From: Branchiostoma belcheri
Taxonomy: Eukaryota
Assembly (NCBI RefSeq): GCF_001625305.1
Contig: NW_017804120.1
Coordinates: 262,546 to 291,552 of the forward strand
Length of the DNA: 29,007 bases
Direction of reading: 5' to 3'
Shown here: piece after piece, positions 10,304 through 19,959 of the stretch
How the letters are laid out: each line of letters begins with the position of its first letter
Position numbering within the stretch: the stretch's first letter is position 1
Translations under genes and position numbers: made by a program
The notes under the pieces: model-generated
What the model was told of the DNA's origin: nothing
Databases searched by the model: none
The model's input: the letters and a program-made list of their open reading frames with translations, nothing else

Positions 10304-10730
10304 ATGTCGCGAAACATGCTCTACTTCTTGCTCGTGGTTTCCAATCATCTATTTCTCGCGTCCGCACCCGCGTTGCGGTGCCCTGACAGCTGTAGCTCCA
10401 TCCAAGTTTTGTTTGCAAAGCAAATCATCTGTCGGTGCCCAGATAAAAACCAGGCGGGGTCCCCCTGCAGCTGGATTGGATACGGAGGAACGTACAGCTT
10501 TCCCGTATGTCTTGACGCCATACCAACCGACTTCGACAAAGCCACGCTATCGATCTGCATCAAGCATCTCCGTTCTCTGGTGATTTTAGAGCGGTCTTTC
10601 CCCAACAGCCCAGAAGTAGAGATACTTGAAATCCAAAAGTCCAACGTTTCAAGGGTCCAGCCAGGAGCTTTCCGAGGTCTCCCATTGGTCTCCAAGCTTG
10701 GTCTTGATGACAACCGCATCTCCAGTCTTG
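10304..10730 (+). CDS. Exon 1 of nested LRR transmembrane receptor gene. Signal peptide (MSRNMLYFLLVVSNHLFLASA), LRRNT cysteine cluster (CPDSCSS...C.C), then the first leucine-rich repeats up to ...LGLDDNRISSL(E).
   Basis: ATG at 10304 in a Kozak-like context (-3 A). Hydrophobic N-terminus. LxxLxLxxNxI repeats. Donor |gtacgt at 10731, leaving phase 1. Confidence 0.75.
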
Positions 10731-11450
10731 GTACGTTGGAAAAAATTTATTTTGGACTCCTCAGTTGGGTTAAGGCAGCCCAGACTTATACTATGATAAT
10801 TAGTTTTTCATACTTATGCCAGCAAATTCCGATAGCTTCAAAACTTCACACAGTTTTAGTAATATTTGAAACACATTGGATGCAGGTTACATTCAGATTC
10901 TGTGTAATCAGTTTTTCTACTGCTGCATTTTCGATTAGAATTAGAAATATTGGTTAAAAAATAGCCGTGTATTTCATGGGTCTACACGCAGGCTATATTT
11001 AAACAAGACCATCATTTTACAAAGTGAGAGCCATTTTATATGTCTATTTTGTTTCAAAACTAACTTAAAGACAATTACATTGTTTTTGGGGGGGTCAAAA
11101 CATCAGAAACTGGTCTTTTGGTCATTTTCGGTCAAAAATGTGCACCAGTTAAGAACATCAAAATTCATGCAAAATAGCCTTGGACAATTTTGATCAAATA
11201 AAATTGATTGCTCTTATTAATGTTAATAAGATCAATTCTGAGCTGCGTGTAAAGCCGCAGAAGTCATAACCCATTAAGAAATGTGTGACAATCTGGGTTT
11301 ACAATGGAATGTACATGATTGTACAAATGACCACCCGGGTGACCCCGAATCAAACACGTTCTGTTCAAATGAATACCAGCCTGGGCTGCCTTAATCTAAT
11401 GTACTATATTTATGATAAGACATTTAGGAAATCAACCAGTCCTGCAATTC

Positions 11451-11793
11451 AGGCCACACCAATTTAATTTTTTGGTTAACGGATTCGCCCGCTTCATTTT
11501 TTTCTGATTTGGAAATAAATATAAAAATTTTGAATCAACAGTTACTGCAAAATGCTCATATTTTGCCCTGAACAGTTAAAAACAGTCCTTTTCATCCTAG
11601 TTGTTACAGTTATTCCATCTTTCAATGCAATGGTATCATTAAAAGTTCAAAATTCATTGTTTAAATTTTAAACCAGCCTGGTGTGTTGACTTCATGGTTC
11701 CTATCGTACCATTTTGGGCCATATTTGGATGCCTAGGCCCGCTCACTCCTTTATTTTTCTATAAAAATCCAACAAATTAAATTGGTGTGGCCT
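11451..11793 (+). mobile_element. MITE family A, copy 2 (inside the intron of the LRR gene).
   Basis: aggccacaccaatttaattttttggtt ... aatccaacaaattaaattggtgtggcct. Internal sequence collinear with copy 1 (gctcatattttgccc...cagttg/aaaa...gtcctttt...ctagttgttacagtt...aaaagttcaaaattca). Confidence 0.8.
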
Positions 11794-12122
11794 CAGTATG
11801 AGTTTTTAAAAGACAAATCTATTTAAGCCAGTGTTAACTCTACACACTATACAGTACATAATACATTTAATCATATGAGTTACTAACAGAGCCGAAAGGT
11901 CTGGGCCGGCGATGGGAGATTTTACTGCACATATTTGTTAAGTAGATGCGTAAAATAGGGGATTGGGCTACTGATGTATCAATTTGTTTTCAAAAGCCAG
12001 AAAACGAACTGGATTGACGCTTTGCAGTTTCTACCATGAGTTACCTCACGACATGGAGGTCTTAAACTGAGAGCTCAAAAAGATCTAGCGAATTTCTAAC
12101 TTAGGTCTCCCCTCCGTTTTTC

Positions 12123-12367
12123 TTAGCCTCCTTCATAGTCTTGTTGGGCGTGGGTGTTATTTTTGTGAGCGACGTGAGTAATATGCCACCGCGAGGGACG
12201 AGTTGCTGCCGAGGGAATTTTTGCCGCAGAGAGGTTTCCTTGTTGGAGCGCGAAACCTTCTCTCCGCGGCAAAAACTCCCTCGGCAGCAAATCGTCCCTC
12301 GTGGCATATTACTCGCGTCGCTCACAAAAATAACGCCCACACCCAACAAGACTGCAAAGGAGGCTAG
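12123..12367. mobile_element. Near-perfect 245-bp palindrome (foldback element) in the LRR gene intron. Arms ~115 bp, centre at ~12245.
   Basis: cttagcctccttcatagtcttgttgggcgtgggtgttatttttgtgagcgacgtgagtaatatgccac... mirrored by ...gtggcatattactcgcgtcgctcacaaaaataacgcccacacccaacaagactgcaaaggaggctagg. Produces mirror-image artefactual ORFs on both strands (12101..12349 -, 12141..12470 +). Confidence 0.75.
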
Positions 12368-13052
12368 GATAGGGCGTCATTGTAGCATGTACATGTATAC
12401 TGGGGACCAAGAATTATCCGTAGTGCATGTTTTTGTATACGGTCAATCTGCCTGGTTTGTTGTGCCGTAATTCTGGCGGTCCAAACGGGAGCTGCATATT
12501 CTGAATTAGTACGTATATACTAGGTTTGATATCAAAAGGTGCTGAGATCATATGAGGGAAGCTTACGAAATTCAATGCATTATGTGCACATGGGCCTTTT
12601 TCCACAGTTCAATTATTATTTTCTTTTTCTTATTTAGTAGGTACCCCGGTGGGTTGGCAGCGTATTCTTTCCTGTTGGTAGGGGTGTTTGGCATTATCAA
12701 CAAAATGATAGCATGCATGTAATGTTCAGAATATGATGATTTTCTTATGTGAGGCACGGAGGGGAAAAGGGCCTGGCTGGAGCTGTACAGGTTTATTATT
12801 CTAAATGACCGCAGGTGACCCTAAATGGAATATGCATTTGGTTTGAATTGATCGAGTGTGATCTAACAGAGTTTGGTTGCTAAAAAAGGTGGGAGCAATG
12901 AAGTCCAAGTTTATGCACTGTGGACTGATATGATGAGCTATTGTGTTAGATATCTGTGATTGAGTTTTTGGTATTTGTTGCTGCCATCTCATAAGTTTTT
13001 TTAAAAATCCCTTCGAAAATGATTAACAGTAGTTCGTTTTTTTTATCCTCAG

Positions 13053-15227
13053 AACCTGATACCTTCCTTGGGCTTGAGAAGGTAAAAGTCTTGAACCTTC
13101 AAAGGAACGCCATTTCCGTCATATCCCAGCATGCATTCTGCGGCCTACCTCTCCTATCCGTGTTGGTGTTAAGCATGAACCGTCTGCGTTCCGTGCCTGT
13201 CGACGCACTCCTGCCGCTTACAGCACTGAAGTTTGCACACCTGGAAACAAACCACATCACCACGATCGACAGCAAAATCCTGCGTCTGAATCACAACCAG
13301 ACCTTACGTCTGGCGTTATATGACAACCCGCTAAAATGTGACGCAAATCTCACCTGGTTCATCTGTAGTCTACCAGAGCTGGACTACATCGCTGGTCATC
13401 AACTCCTAAAGTGTGCGTCACCTGCCAACCTGAGCGGCATTCTGCTAGCCACCCTGAGGAAAGACATCAGTCAGACCAACATGGACAGGTCACCAAAGGG
13501 GATCAGGCTGGGGAGATGTGATGAAACGTCCACCACAACAGATCCGCATACCCATCTCACCAGGCTACACAACCACACCAGTCTGTACAACCACACCATT
13601 CCCACAGAGATGCCGTACACACACACCAGGCCAGGCTCAGAGTCTACCACAGGGACTGACGTGGTCACTCTTCACGGCGGCCCAATCATCACTGAGGAAG
13701 ACGACAGTTACCACGTCAATGCCGTCATCATGGCTGTTGTTGTGCCTCTCCTGATGGTGTTAGCAGCGGGGGTTGTCGTCTACTTGTACGAACGCTGTCA
13801 CGGCACACGTATGGCCCGGCGCAACGCCCCTGTTGAAACAGATGGAAACTCTGCCCAATCAGGAGCATCAGTCACGGGCACTCCTGCTCAGGACCAGACA
13901 TCAGAGGGTAACGATGACATTGAGCCATACGCTGTGTCATACATGGATGTGTCGGGAAAGGAAAAACGGCAAGCTTGCACCGTACGCAACAACCTCCTTT
14001 GCTAACATCCAGACAGCAGAAGAAAACGATGACATTGAGCCGTACGCTGTGTCATACATGGATGTGTCAGGGAAAGGGAAAAACGGCAAGCTTGCACCGT
14101 ACGCAACAACCTCCTTTGCTAACATCCAGACAACAGAAGACAACGATGACATTGAGCCGTACGCTGTGTCATACATGGATGTGTCCGGGAAAGGGAAAAA
14201 TGGCAAGCTTGCGCCGTACGCAACAACGTCCTTTGCTAACATCCAGCCAATAGAGGACAACGATGACATCCAGCCAATTGAAGACAACGATGACATCGAG
14301 CCATACGCTGTGTCATACATGGATGTGTCGGGGAAAGGGAAAAATGGCAAGCTTGCGCCGTACGCAACAACGTCCTTTGCTAACATCCAGCCAATAGAGG
14401 ACAACAATGACATCCAGCCAATTGAAGACAACGATGACATTGAGCCATACGCTGTGTCATACATGGATGTGTCGGGGAAGGGGAAAAATGGCAAGCTTTT
14501 TCCATATGCGACAACCTCCATCAATGAAGACCCAGGGCCACAGCTTCAGCCGTACGCAGTGACCCACGATGAAGACCCAGGGCCACAGCTTCAGCCATAT
14601 GCAGTGACCCACGATGAAGACCCAGGGCCACAGCTTCAGCCATATGCAATGACCCACGATGAAGACCCAGGGCCACAGCTTCAGCCATATGCAGTGACCC
14701 ACGATAAAGACCCAGGGCCACAGCTTCAGCCATATGCAGTGACCCACGATGAAGACCCCACACAAGCTACAAGATGCCATACAAGGGCAGGTTATACGTC
14801 GCTGACAAATGTCACTAACCAACAGACAACAAACGTCAAACAACCGGTCAACAAATCAGAGGGTCAGTCACTGCCAAAAGAGACAAACATCAAGCCAAAC
14901 TATGAGAAAGGCTACCCATCAACAAGAGATGGCAGGGGTCCATATGGAATGGGCAAGGGAAATGAGGTCCCAGGTGTCAGTGGAACGCTGTATCAAAGTG
15001 GCTCACAGCACACTGATACAAGAGCTGACAGGGGTACATATGGAATGGGCAAGGGAAATGAGGTCCCAAGTGTTAGTGGAACACTGTACCGAAATGGCTC
15101 ACAGCACACTGATACAAGAGATGACAGGGGTCCTTATGGAATGGGCAAGGGGAATGAGGTCCCAAGTGTCAGTGGAACACTGTACAGAAGTTGCTCACAG
15201 CACACTGGTGCAGAGAAGCACAGCTAA
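13053..15227 (+). CDS. Exon 2 of nested LRR-TM receptor. Encodes remaining LRRs, LRRCT (NPLKCDANLTWFICSLPELDYIAGHQLLKCASP), Thr/His-rich N-glycosylated stalk, transmembrane helix (AVIMAVVVPLLMVLAAGVVVYLY) and a cytoplasmic tail. The tail is made of three tandem repeat arrays rich in Tyr motifs (EPYAVSYMDVSGKGKNGKLAPYATTSFANIQ x5-6, DPGPQLQPYAVTHDE x5, RGPYGMGKGNEVPSVSGTLYRSGSQHTDTRDD x3). Stop TAA at 15225-15227. A 1-bp deletion near 13955-13965 shifts frame 2 to frame 0.
   Basis: Acceptor ttttttttatcctcag| at 13051-13052. Joining g(10730)+aa(13053-13054) gives GAA, in frame with exon 1 and a perfect LRR continuation. Two overlapping ORFs (13019..14005 and 13773..15227) differ by one missing g in the first repeat (gggaaagg-aaaaacgg versus gggaaagggaaaaacgg in later copies). 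Repeat periods 111, 45 and 105 bp are multiples of 3. Confidence 0.7.
13895..15215 (+). repeat. Coding tandem repeat arrays inside LRR gene exon 2. 111 bp x ~5.5 (13895-14520), 45 bp x 5 (14521-14755), 105 bp x 3 (14925-15215).
   Basis: Directly visible reiteration (e.g. gatgacattgagccatacgctgtgtcatacatggatgtgtcgggaaagggaaaaa..). Periods are multiples of 3 and the frame is kept open for 1.3 kb. Confidence 0.9.
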
Positions 15228-15277
15228 ACTCGCACGCTGTAGGACACGTAATTTTGTACAGCTCACAAACAGCCTGA

Positions 15278-15560
15278 GTTTAGACAGCACATCTCAAAAT
15301 CACAATCCTTTAGAACTCCGCTCACGGACAGCCAGGAGTAATGACAGCATATCTCACATGCTTTAGAACACAGCACATCATCAAGGACAGCATGAGGGTT
15401 TAGACAGCACATCTCAAAATCACAATCCTTTAGAACTCAGCTCACGGACAGCCAGGAGTAATGACAGCATATCTCACATGCTTTAGAACACAGCACATCA
15501 TCAAGGACAGCATGAGAGTTTAGACAGCACATCTCAAAATCACAAAGGGTCACAATCCCT
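15278..15560. repeat. 120-bp tandem repeat x ~2.3 in the presumed 3' UTR of the LRR gene.
   Basis: gtttagacagcacatctcaaaatcacaatcctttagaactc.gctcacggacagccaggagtaatgacagcatatctcacatgctttagaacacagcacatcatcaaggacagcatgag.g recurs at 15278, 15398 and 15518 with >97% identity. Confidence 0.85.
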
Positions 15561-15721
15561 AAGACGGGACTTTAAGCTGTGGTGCACTGTTCATTTTGCT
15601 TGTCGATAAGAGCCAGGAGAATTTACCTGGTACAATGAACCTGTAAATACTGTACATAGCGTCTGTCTTGTCTCTCACGACCAGTGTGAGCTACAACCGG
15701 ATCGAGATCGAGATTTTGATT

Positions 15722-15968
15722 TTTTTTAATTTTATTGAAATTGCAACAGTGCAATACACGCGGAACAGCTAGAGGCAGCTGTTGCTGGTGTTGTGTCCCA
15801 CACATAGAAACAAACACTGGACAGACAATACTCATTTTCACTTGAGTCTAGAGGGGAAAGTCTTGTAAAGTGCCTTCTCCCAAGGGCACAAGATTGGTGG
15901 CATGTCAGAACTCGAACCCGGGACCTCTTGATTCCGAGTCGTGCACGCTGCCATTGCGCCACACGACA
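15722..15968 (-). mobile_element. tRNA-derived SINE, copy 3 (divergent subfamily). Lies ~500 bp downstream of the LRR gene stop, with an A-run tail at its 3' end (T-run at 15722-15730 on +).
   Basis: Reverse complement GTGGCGCAATGGCAGCGTGCACGACTCGGAATCAAGAGGTCCCGGGTTCGAGTTCTGACATGCCACCAATCTTGTGCCCTTGGGAGAAGGCACTTTACAAGAC. Shares the tRNA head and the GTGCCCTTGGGA.AAGGCAC core. Confidence 0.65.
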
Positions 15969-16427
15969 CAATTTCCTTTGTTACAACAATTCCGCTTTCG
16001 ACTATACCCCGAAGTGATAACAAACTGAATTTCTTGCAGTGATGCAGTTATTGACTTATAAGAAACAAGGGTCTTGCTGCTGATCATAATATGACTGTAA
16101 CAAGGGCCTCATCCTGTTTATTCTACAGTCACGTTTCCAAACCTATGCCCTGCCGGGTAGGTATATATTTCTGCATCATTCTGTATTTGGTATAGCCGGT
16201 ATAACCCTTCAGCATAACACACCAGCTTTGCAGACGCGCGGCCTGGCGGCGGCTAGTCAATATCACACCGAACGACCTGTTACACTCAATATTTACACAT
16301 TTAATTGCAGTTGAGTTGTTAACATCATTTTAGCTTTAGCCAGATCATAGAAGAACAAGTCGTACCAAGGACAAGACAAATTATGCTAATGCTTTAGAAC
16401 AAGAACATTCTTTGCAAGAACACGCTT

Positions 16428-16700
16428 AGCCACCTTAACAGCAGAAAATCACCCTTTCTTTCTCAATAGTCCATCAGTCAAGAGAAAATTTCATGCTGAC
16501 AGTTTCTTCCCCAGAACCACTTCACTGTGGAACAAGCTTCCCCGTGAATGTTTCACCGCTAATTACAACCTCCAACGGTTTAAATCAAGGGTGAACAAAT
16601 ATCTGACCACGCAGTCATCACTGTAACCCAAAACATGTAAGTGGCTCTCACGAGCCTTGTTTTGAGGTGAATCTGAAGTAAATAAAAAAAAAAAAGCTCA
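16428..16700 (+). mobile_element. 5'-truncated CR1/L2-clade LINE 3' end. Last ~65 codons of the ORF2 C-terminus (…FHADSFFPRTTSLWNKLPRECFTANYNLQRFKSRVNKYLTTQSSL*) plus a short 3' UTR ending in an A-run (16683-16695).
   Basis: SFFPRT..WN.LP...L..FK.R..K.L is the characteristic C-terminal motif of CR1-like reverse-transcriptase ORF2 proteins (e.g. NSFFPRTIRDWNALP...LEAFKARLDKAL). Followed by aaataaaaaaaaaaaag. Confidence 0.6.
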
Positions 16701-16724
16701 GCCTGTGTAATGTATCTGGAAAAT

Positions 16725-16862
16725 TAATGTGTCTCGTATAGGACCTGCAAGGCGGAGAAAGAATTCCTTTTGACATTTTTCATCAGTACGTTCTATGGGA
16801 TGTATTCCACTCAAGAAAAGAGAGCTCGCGGATCAAAGAGATGTAGTCTGAACGTCTGAATT
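16725..16862 (+). repeat. Dispersed repeat family C, copy 2. Immediately downstream of the LINE tail.
   Basis: gtgtctcgtataggacctgcaaggcggagaaagaattccttttgacatttttcatcagtacgttctatgggatgtattccactcaagaaaagagagctcgcggatcaaagagatgta. Confidence 0.55.
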
Positions 16863-17222
16863 TCATTTCTGACTGCGCAGTCAAAGACTTAGTGTTGAAT
16901 ATGAAACCTCAATCCACTGATGAAACTACTAACAATACTGTACAACTACTGTACTATACAATGTCCTGGATGCTAATAATCCAGCATTTAATACCCTGCC
17001 AAAAGCAATAATTATTGTATATGTCAGGATCAACAAGATTTATCTAGTACATATGATACATGTATTATGCAACTTGAATGTATATTACACATATGAAAAC
17101 ACACTTATACATAATCACTGTCACTGTGTTTATGACATGTGTATGCGTGTATATTATACGCACATACACGTCATAAACACAGGGACATACACATACAGTA
17201 CACACACTTATATGCACACAGT

Positions 17223-17238
17223 CACACACACACACAAG

Positions 17239-17267
<29 letters not shown>
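17223..17267. repeat. (CA)n microsatellite within an AT/CA-rich low-complexity block (17050-17280). The block also contains a ~50-bp hairpin at 17130-17182.
   Basis: cacacacacaagcacacacacacacacacacacacacacacac. Palindrome tgtttatgacatgtgtatgcgtgtatattatacgcacatacacgtcataaaca. Confidence 0.9.
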
Positions 17268-17270
<3 letters not shown>

Positions 17271-17580
17271 TTAAGGTGATGTATATAGTATGGAAATGTT
17301 ACTCATTGACAAGCAACTACTAGTAGATAAATACAAACAGGAAATTAGTGGAAGTATTTTTCTCTCACTTAGATGTTCAAAGAATATGTTGTATACATGT
17401 TGTTAACATCTTTACATTACGTAAACCTACGAAAATATTTGGCTGCACGAGAAAAACTGGGTGCACAGCTCCCGTTTTGGGTGCACTAATTGTAATTAAA
17501 TAAGGTGCACATGCACCCAGTATTTTGGGCCCTGTTACATAATAATGATATTAATATCTAAAACTGTGTTAAAACTCCAG

Positions 17581-17751
17581 GTGAAATCTCAGCTGTGGAA
17601 AGCCGCCCAGCCTGGCCTAACGTCCGTGTCAGTTGATTGGCAGCAGTGGGATGATGATGCTCCGCCTCCCGTCCAGGCGCCCAATCAGATCGTCTCTCTC
17701 TTCAACGGCTCTCGTCAAGTGGTGTACGGTTACGTCCCTCACTGCACCCAG
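17581..17751 (+). CDS. Exon H of VIT+vWA gene. Encodes VKSQLWKAAQPGLTSVSVDWQQWDDDAPPPVQAPNQIVSLFNGSRQVVYGYVPHCTQ.
   Basis: Acceptor aaaactccag|, donor |gtgaac. 171 nt, phase 0. Contiguous in the VWA5A alignment with exon G (TLKRSLQPAVEDVSLSWHLPPG...VIFRGQRLISYAQLTG). Implies a ~10.4 kb intron between 7129 and 17580. Confidence 0.8.
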
Positions 17752-17889
17752 GTGAACATATTTCCTCTCCCAGCTTGCAAAGTAGCATTATGGTTGTTTC
17801 CATGCTTTTAGTGATGTTGACTAAGAATCTATTAGTAAAGGTTCTGGCAGGGTTTTTAATCCTTTCTGTTGTTGACAGTTTGAAAACAT

Positions 17890-18390
17890 ATTGTTTTTGC
17901 TCAGTTTATTTATTTATTTATTTCATCATAAGACAGCTGGGTAGCCCCGTTCATTAGCTGTTTTTCAAGGGGGCCCAGCAAAATTACACAAGACATTGTT
18001 ACATACAGTAAGACAAGAGTGGACAACATACAGTAAACATAAAAGTCTGATGCGTCAAAACAGAGTCATAGTCCTATACTCAAAGTCCTAGCCGTTCAAA
18101 GGTCAAAACACGAAAATCAAGGAATGGAGATTGGTTTATTCTTCTTCGTCAGTTCCAAATTCATTGACCTGGACCAGGTGTACATGTATGTCATAATGGA
18201 AACTGGTGCTGTAGCAACACCCTGTGGTGTTGGGTTACTTTAAAAAATGTATGTACATGTATCAGAACAGATTTGAAGAGGCTGCCCATCATCATACATA
18301 TATTAAGTATTTGACTTTGAGTAAGAATAAACAGAGCAGTAGTTTGTTCAGCTAGACAGTGAACTTCAAGGTAACATTAACTCAAAAATA
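17890..18390 (+). repeat. Dispersed repeat family B, copy 3. Interrupted by a nested 222-bp insertion (17911-18132) flanked by a 7-bp direct duplication GTTTATT.
   Basis: ttgtttttgctcagtttatt | insertion | gtttattcttcttcgtcagttccaaattcattgacctggaccaggtg...gtggtgttgggttac...tttgagtaagaataaacagagcagtagtttgttcagctagac. The uninterrupted homologue is at 22018-22285. Confidence 0.7.
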
Positions 18391-18612
18391 CTATCATGAA
18401 AGTTGGTAGTTACATGTTTAATGTTAAAACTTTTGTTCCAACACGAAAAATTCTCTCACCTAGAGCTTTCGACCAGTCACTCTGGTCATCCTCAGTAGAC
18501 TGACCCAGTGAAGCTTGTCACATGGCTTCTTTGAAGTGTGACGTCAACACTGGGTCAAAGGTATCTGGTAGACAATGTCGACCCCCATCGCGGTTCAATG
18601 TAGGGTGATGCA
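18391..18612. mobile_element. Solo arm of foldback family F (same family as 27722-28215).
   Basis: ctatcatgaaagttggtagttacatgtttaatgttaaaacttttgttccaacacgaaaaattctctcacctagagctttcgaccagtcactctggtc...gggtcaaaggtatctggtagacaatgtcgacccccatcgcggttcaatgtagggtgatg is ~90% identical to the left arm at 27722-27930. Confidence 0.7.
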
Positions 18613-19370
18613 CTACCAAAAATGCTTTTTCTTGTTTTTCTTATTTTCTCATGGGAAGAAAATTTTTCTTTGGGGGAGAATAATAAGAAAAAAATAAGAA
18701 AAAAATAAATTTTCTGTATACCTACATTCTTGCACCAAGAACTATTTCCTCATTTTTCTTGAGTGGAGATAATTTTTCTAAAATAGGCTTCTTTAAATCT
18801 TGATTTTTCTTTGGTGAAGAAATATTTCTAGAGGAGATTCTAACTTACAAGATTAGAATTCTTGTAATCTTGAAATTTCTTTAGTAAAGACAATATTTCT
18901 AGGGAAGATTCTAAGTTACAAGATTAAAATTCTTTTAATCTTAAAATTCCCTCAGACTTAGTTAAATTTTCTTATTTAATCTCCATGGAAGATTTCTTTC
19001 TTACCTGACATCAAAGTGGTCAGATTTAAGATTTTTTTTCTTGTGTATTTCAAAAAATTTCTAGTTCATGTTACCGAGAATGATTGAAAAAGGCCATTCT
19101 TGTTTTTCTTAGCAATGTTTAAGAAAATACAAGAATTTGGTTCTTGCCTTTCTTGGCAAACACTGATTGGAAAAGCAAGAAATTTAATTATCTAAATCTA
19201 TTATTAGAATAAAGCTCTGCTTAGTGTTTCTTTCTTAAAGTTTCTTGTTTTTCTTGACTAGAAAGCTTAAGAAAGATCATTCTTGTTTTTCTTGGCAACA
19301 TTTAAGAAAATACAAGAATAAAGTTCTTATCTTTCTTGACAAATACTGATAAGAAAAAAAACTAGAGAGG
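18610..19370. repeat. Satellite-like low-complexity domain built from the mutually reverse-complementary words TTCTTG/CAAGAA. Includes ~75-bp tandem units (18760-18960) and two ~100-bp units (19060-19160, 19262-19365). A related block lies at 20270-20420.
   Basis: Recurrent aagaaaggccattcttgtttttcttagcaa(c/t)(a/g)tttaagaaaatacaagaat at 19085, 19275 and 20290. Extreme ttcttg / aagaaa word bias. Confidence 0.6.
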
Positions 19371-19959
19371 CCGACATTTGCTTGGGAGCAAATACAGCAT
19401 ATTTCAGTCCATCTCCCTCCCACGCAAAAGTGGACTATTCCAAACTTACCCCAGTGTAAAACTGGCAAAGATTCTCAAATAAGTGAATTATATAGTAGCT
19501 ATGTAATTGAGAACAAAGATGCAAGAACAAGCACATTGAATCTCGAAAGCTTTACTAATCTTATTACAGGTATGCAAATACTAACAATGATGAGATTTGA
19601 TACATTTTGAAGGTCTTAGGCACATAGAATTGAATGTGTGGGTCATTAGGCACGACTTACGTGCAATGTGACCTCAGGTAACCCACATTGGAACACGTGT
19701 TCCATGGCCAATGGCAGATGGAACGGGCATTCTTTACATAGAACATGGAACGGGTATAGCACTTTTGGCCCTTTTTTTGCTCAAAATAGCCATCAAAGTC
19801 CCCCAAATGAGTCATTTGGAAGTGGTGTATGCCAAATATGTGACTGCTATTCTGTAGACACATGTTCAAGGTACCCTTATACCGAATTTCAGATCATTTG
19901 GTTGTAAAACCAGGGCTCAGTATCCAAAAATCCATTTTTTGTCGAAAAATGCCCCAAAA

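Noticed and set aside
10345-10719. 124-aa ORF antisense to exon 1 of the LRR gene
   Set aside because: The sense strand shows signal peptide, LRRNT and LRR periodicity. The antisense frame is incidental.
12101-12470. Two ORFs on opposite strands with mirror-image products (MLGVGVIFVSD...)
   Set aside because: They are produced by the 245-bp palindrome. Identical ORFs on both strands are expected from a perfect inverted repeat, not from coding.
13937-14843. Long minus-strand ORFs (195 aa and 128 aa) across the receptor tail repeats
   Set aside because: They are the antisense of a tandem array whose period is a multiple of 3. Repetition alone keeps any frame open. Their translations are low-complexity (WMLAKDVVAYGASLPFFPFPDTSMYDTAYGSMSSLSS...).
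19668-19907. 79-aa ORF (MTSGNPHWNTCSMANGRWNGH...) with internal GGAACACGTGTTCC palindrome
   Set aside because: Repetitive WNG-coding words arise from short internal DNA repeats. No homology. Probably part of an uncharacterised repeat (family D region).
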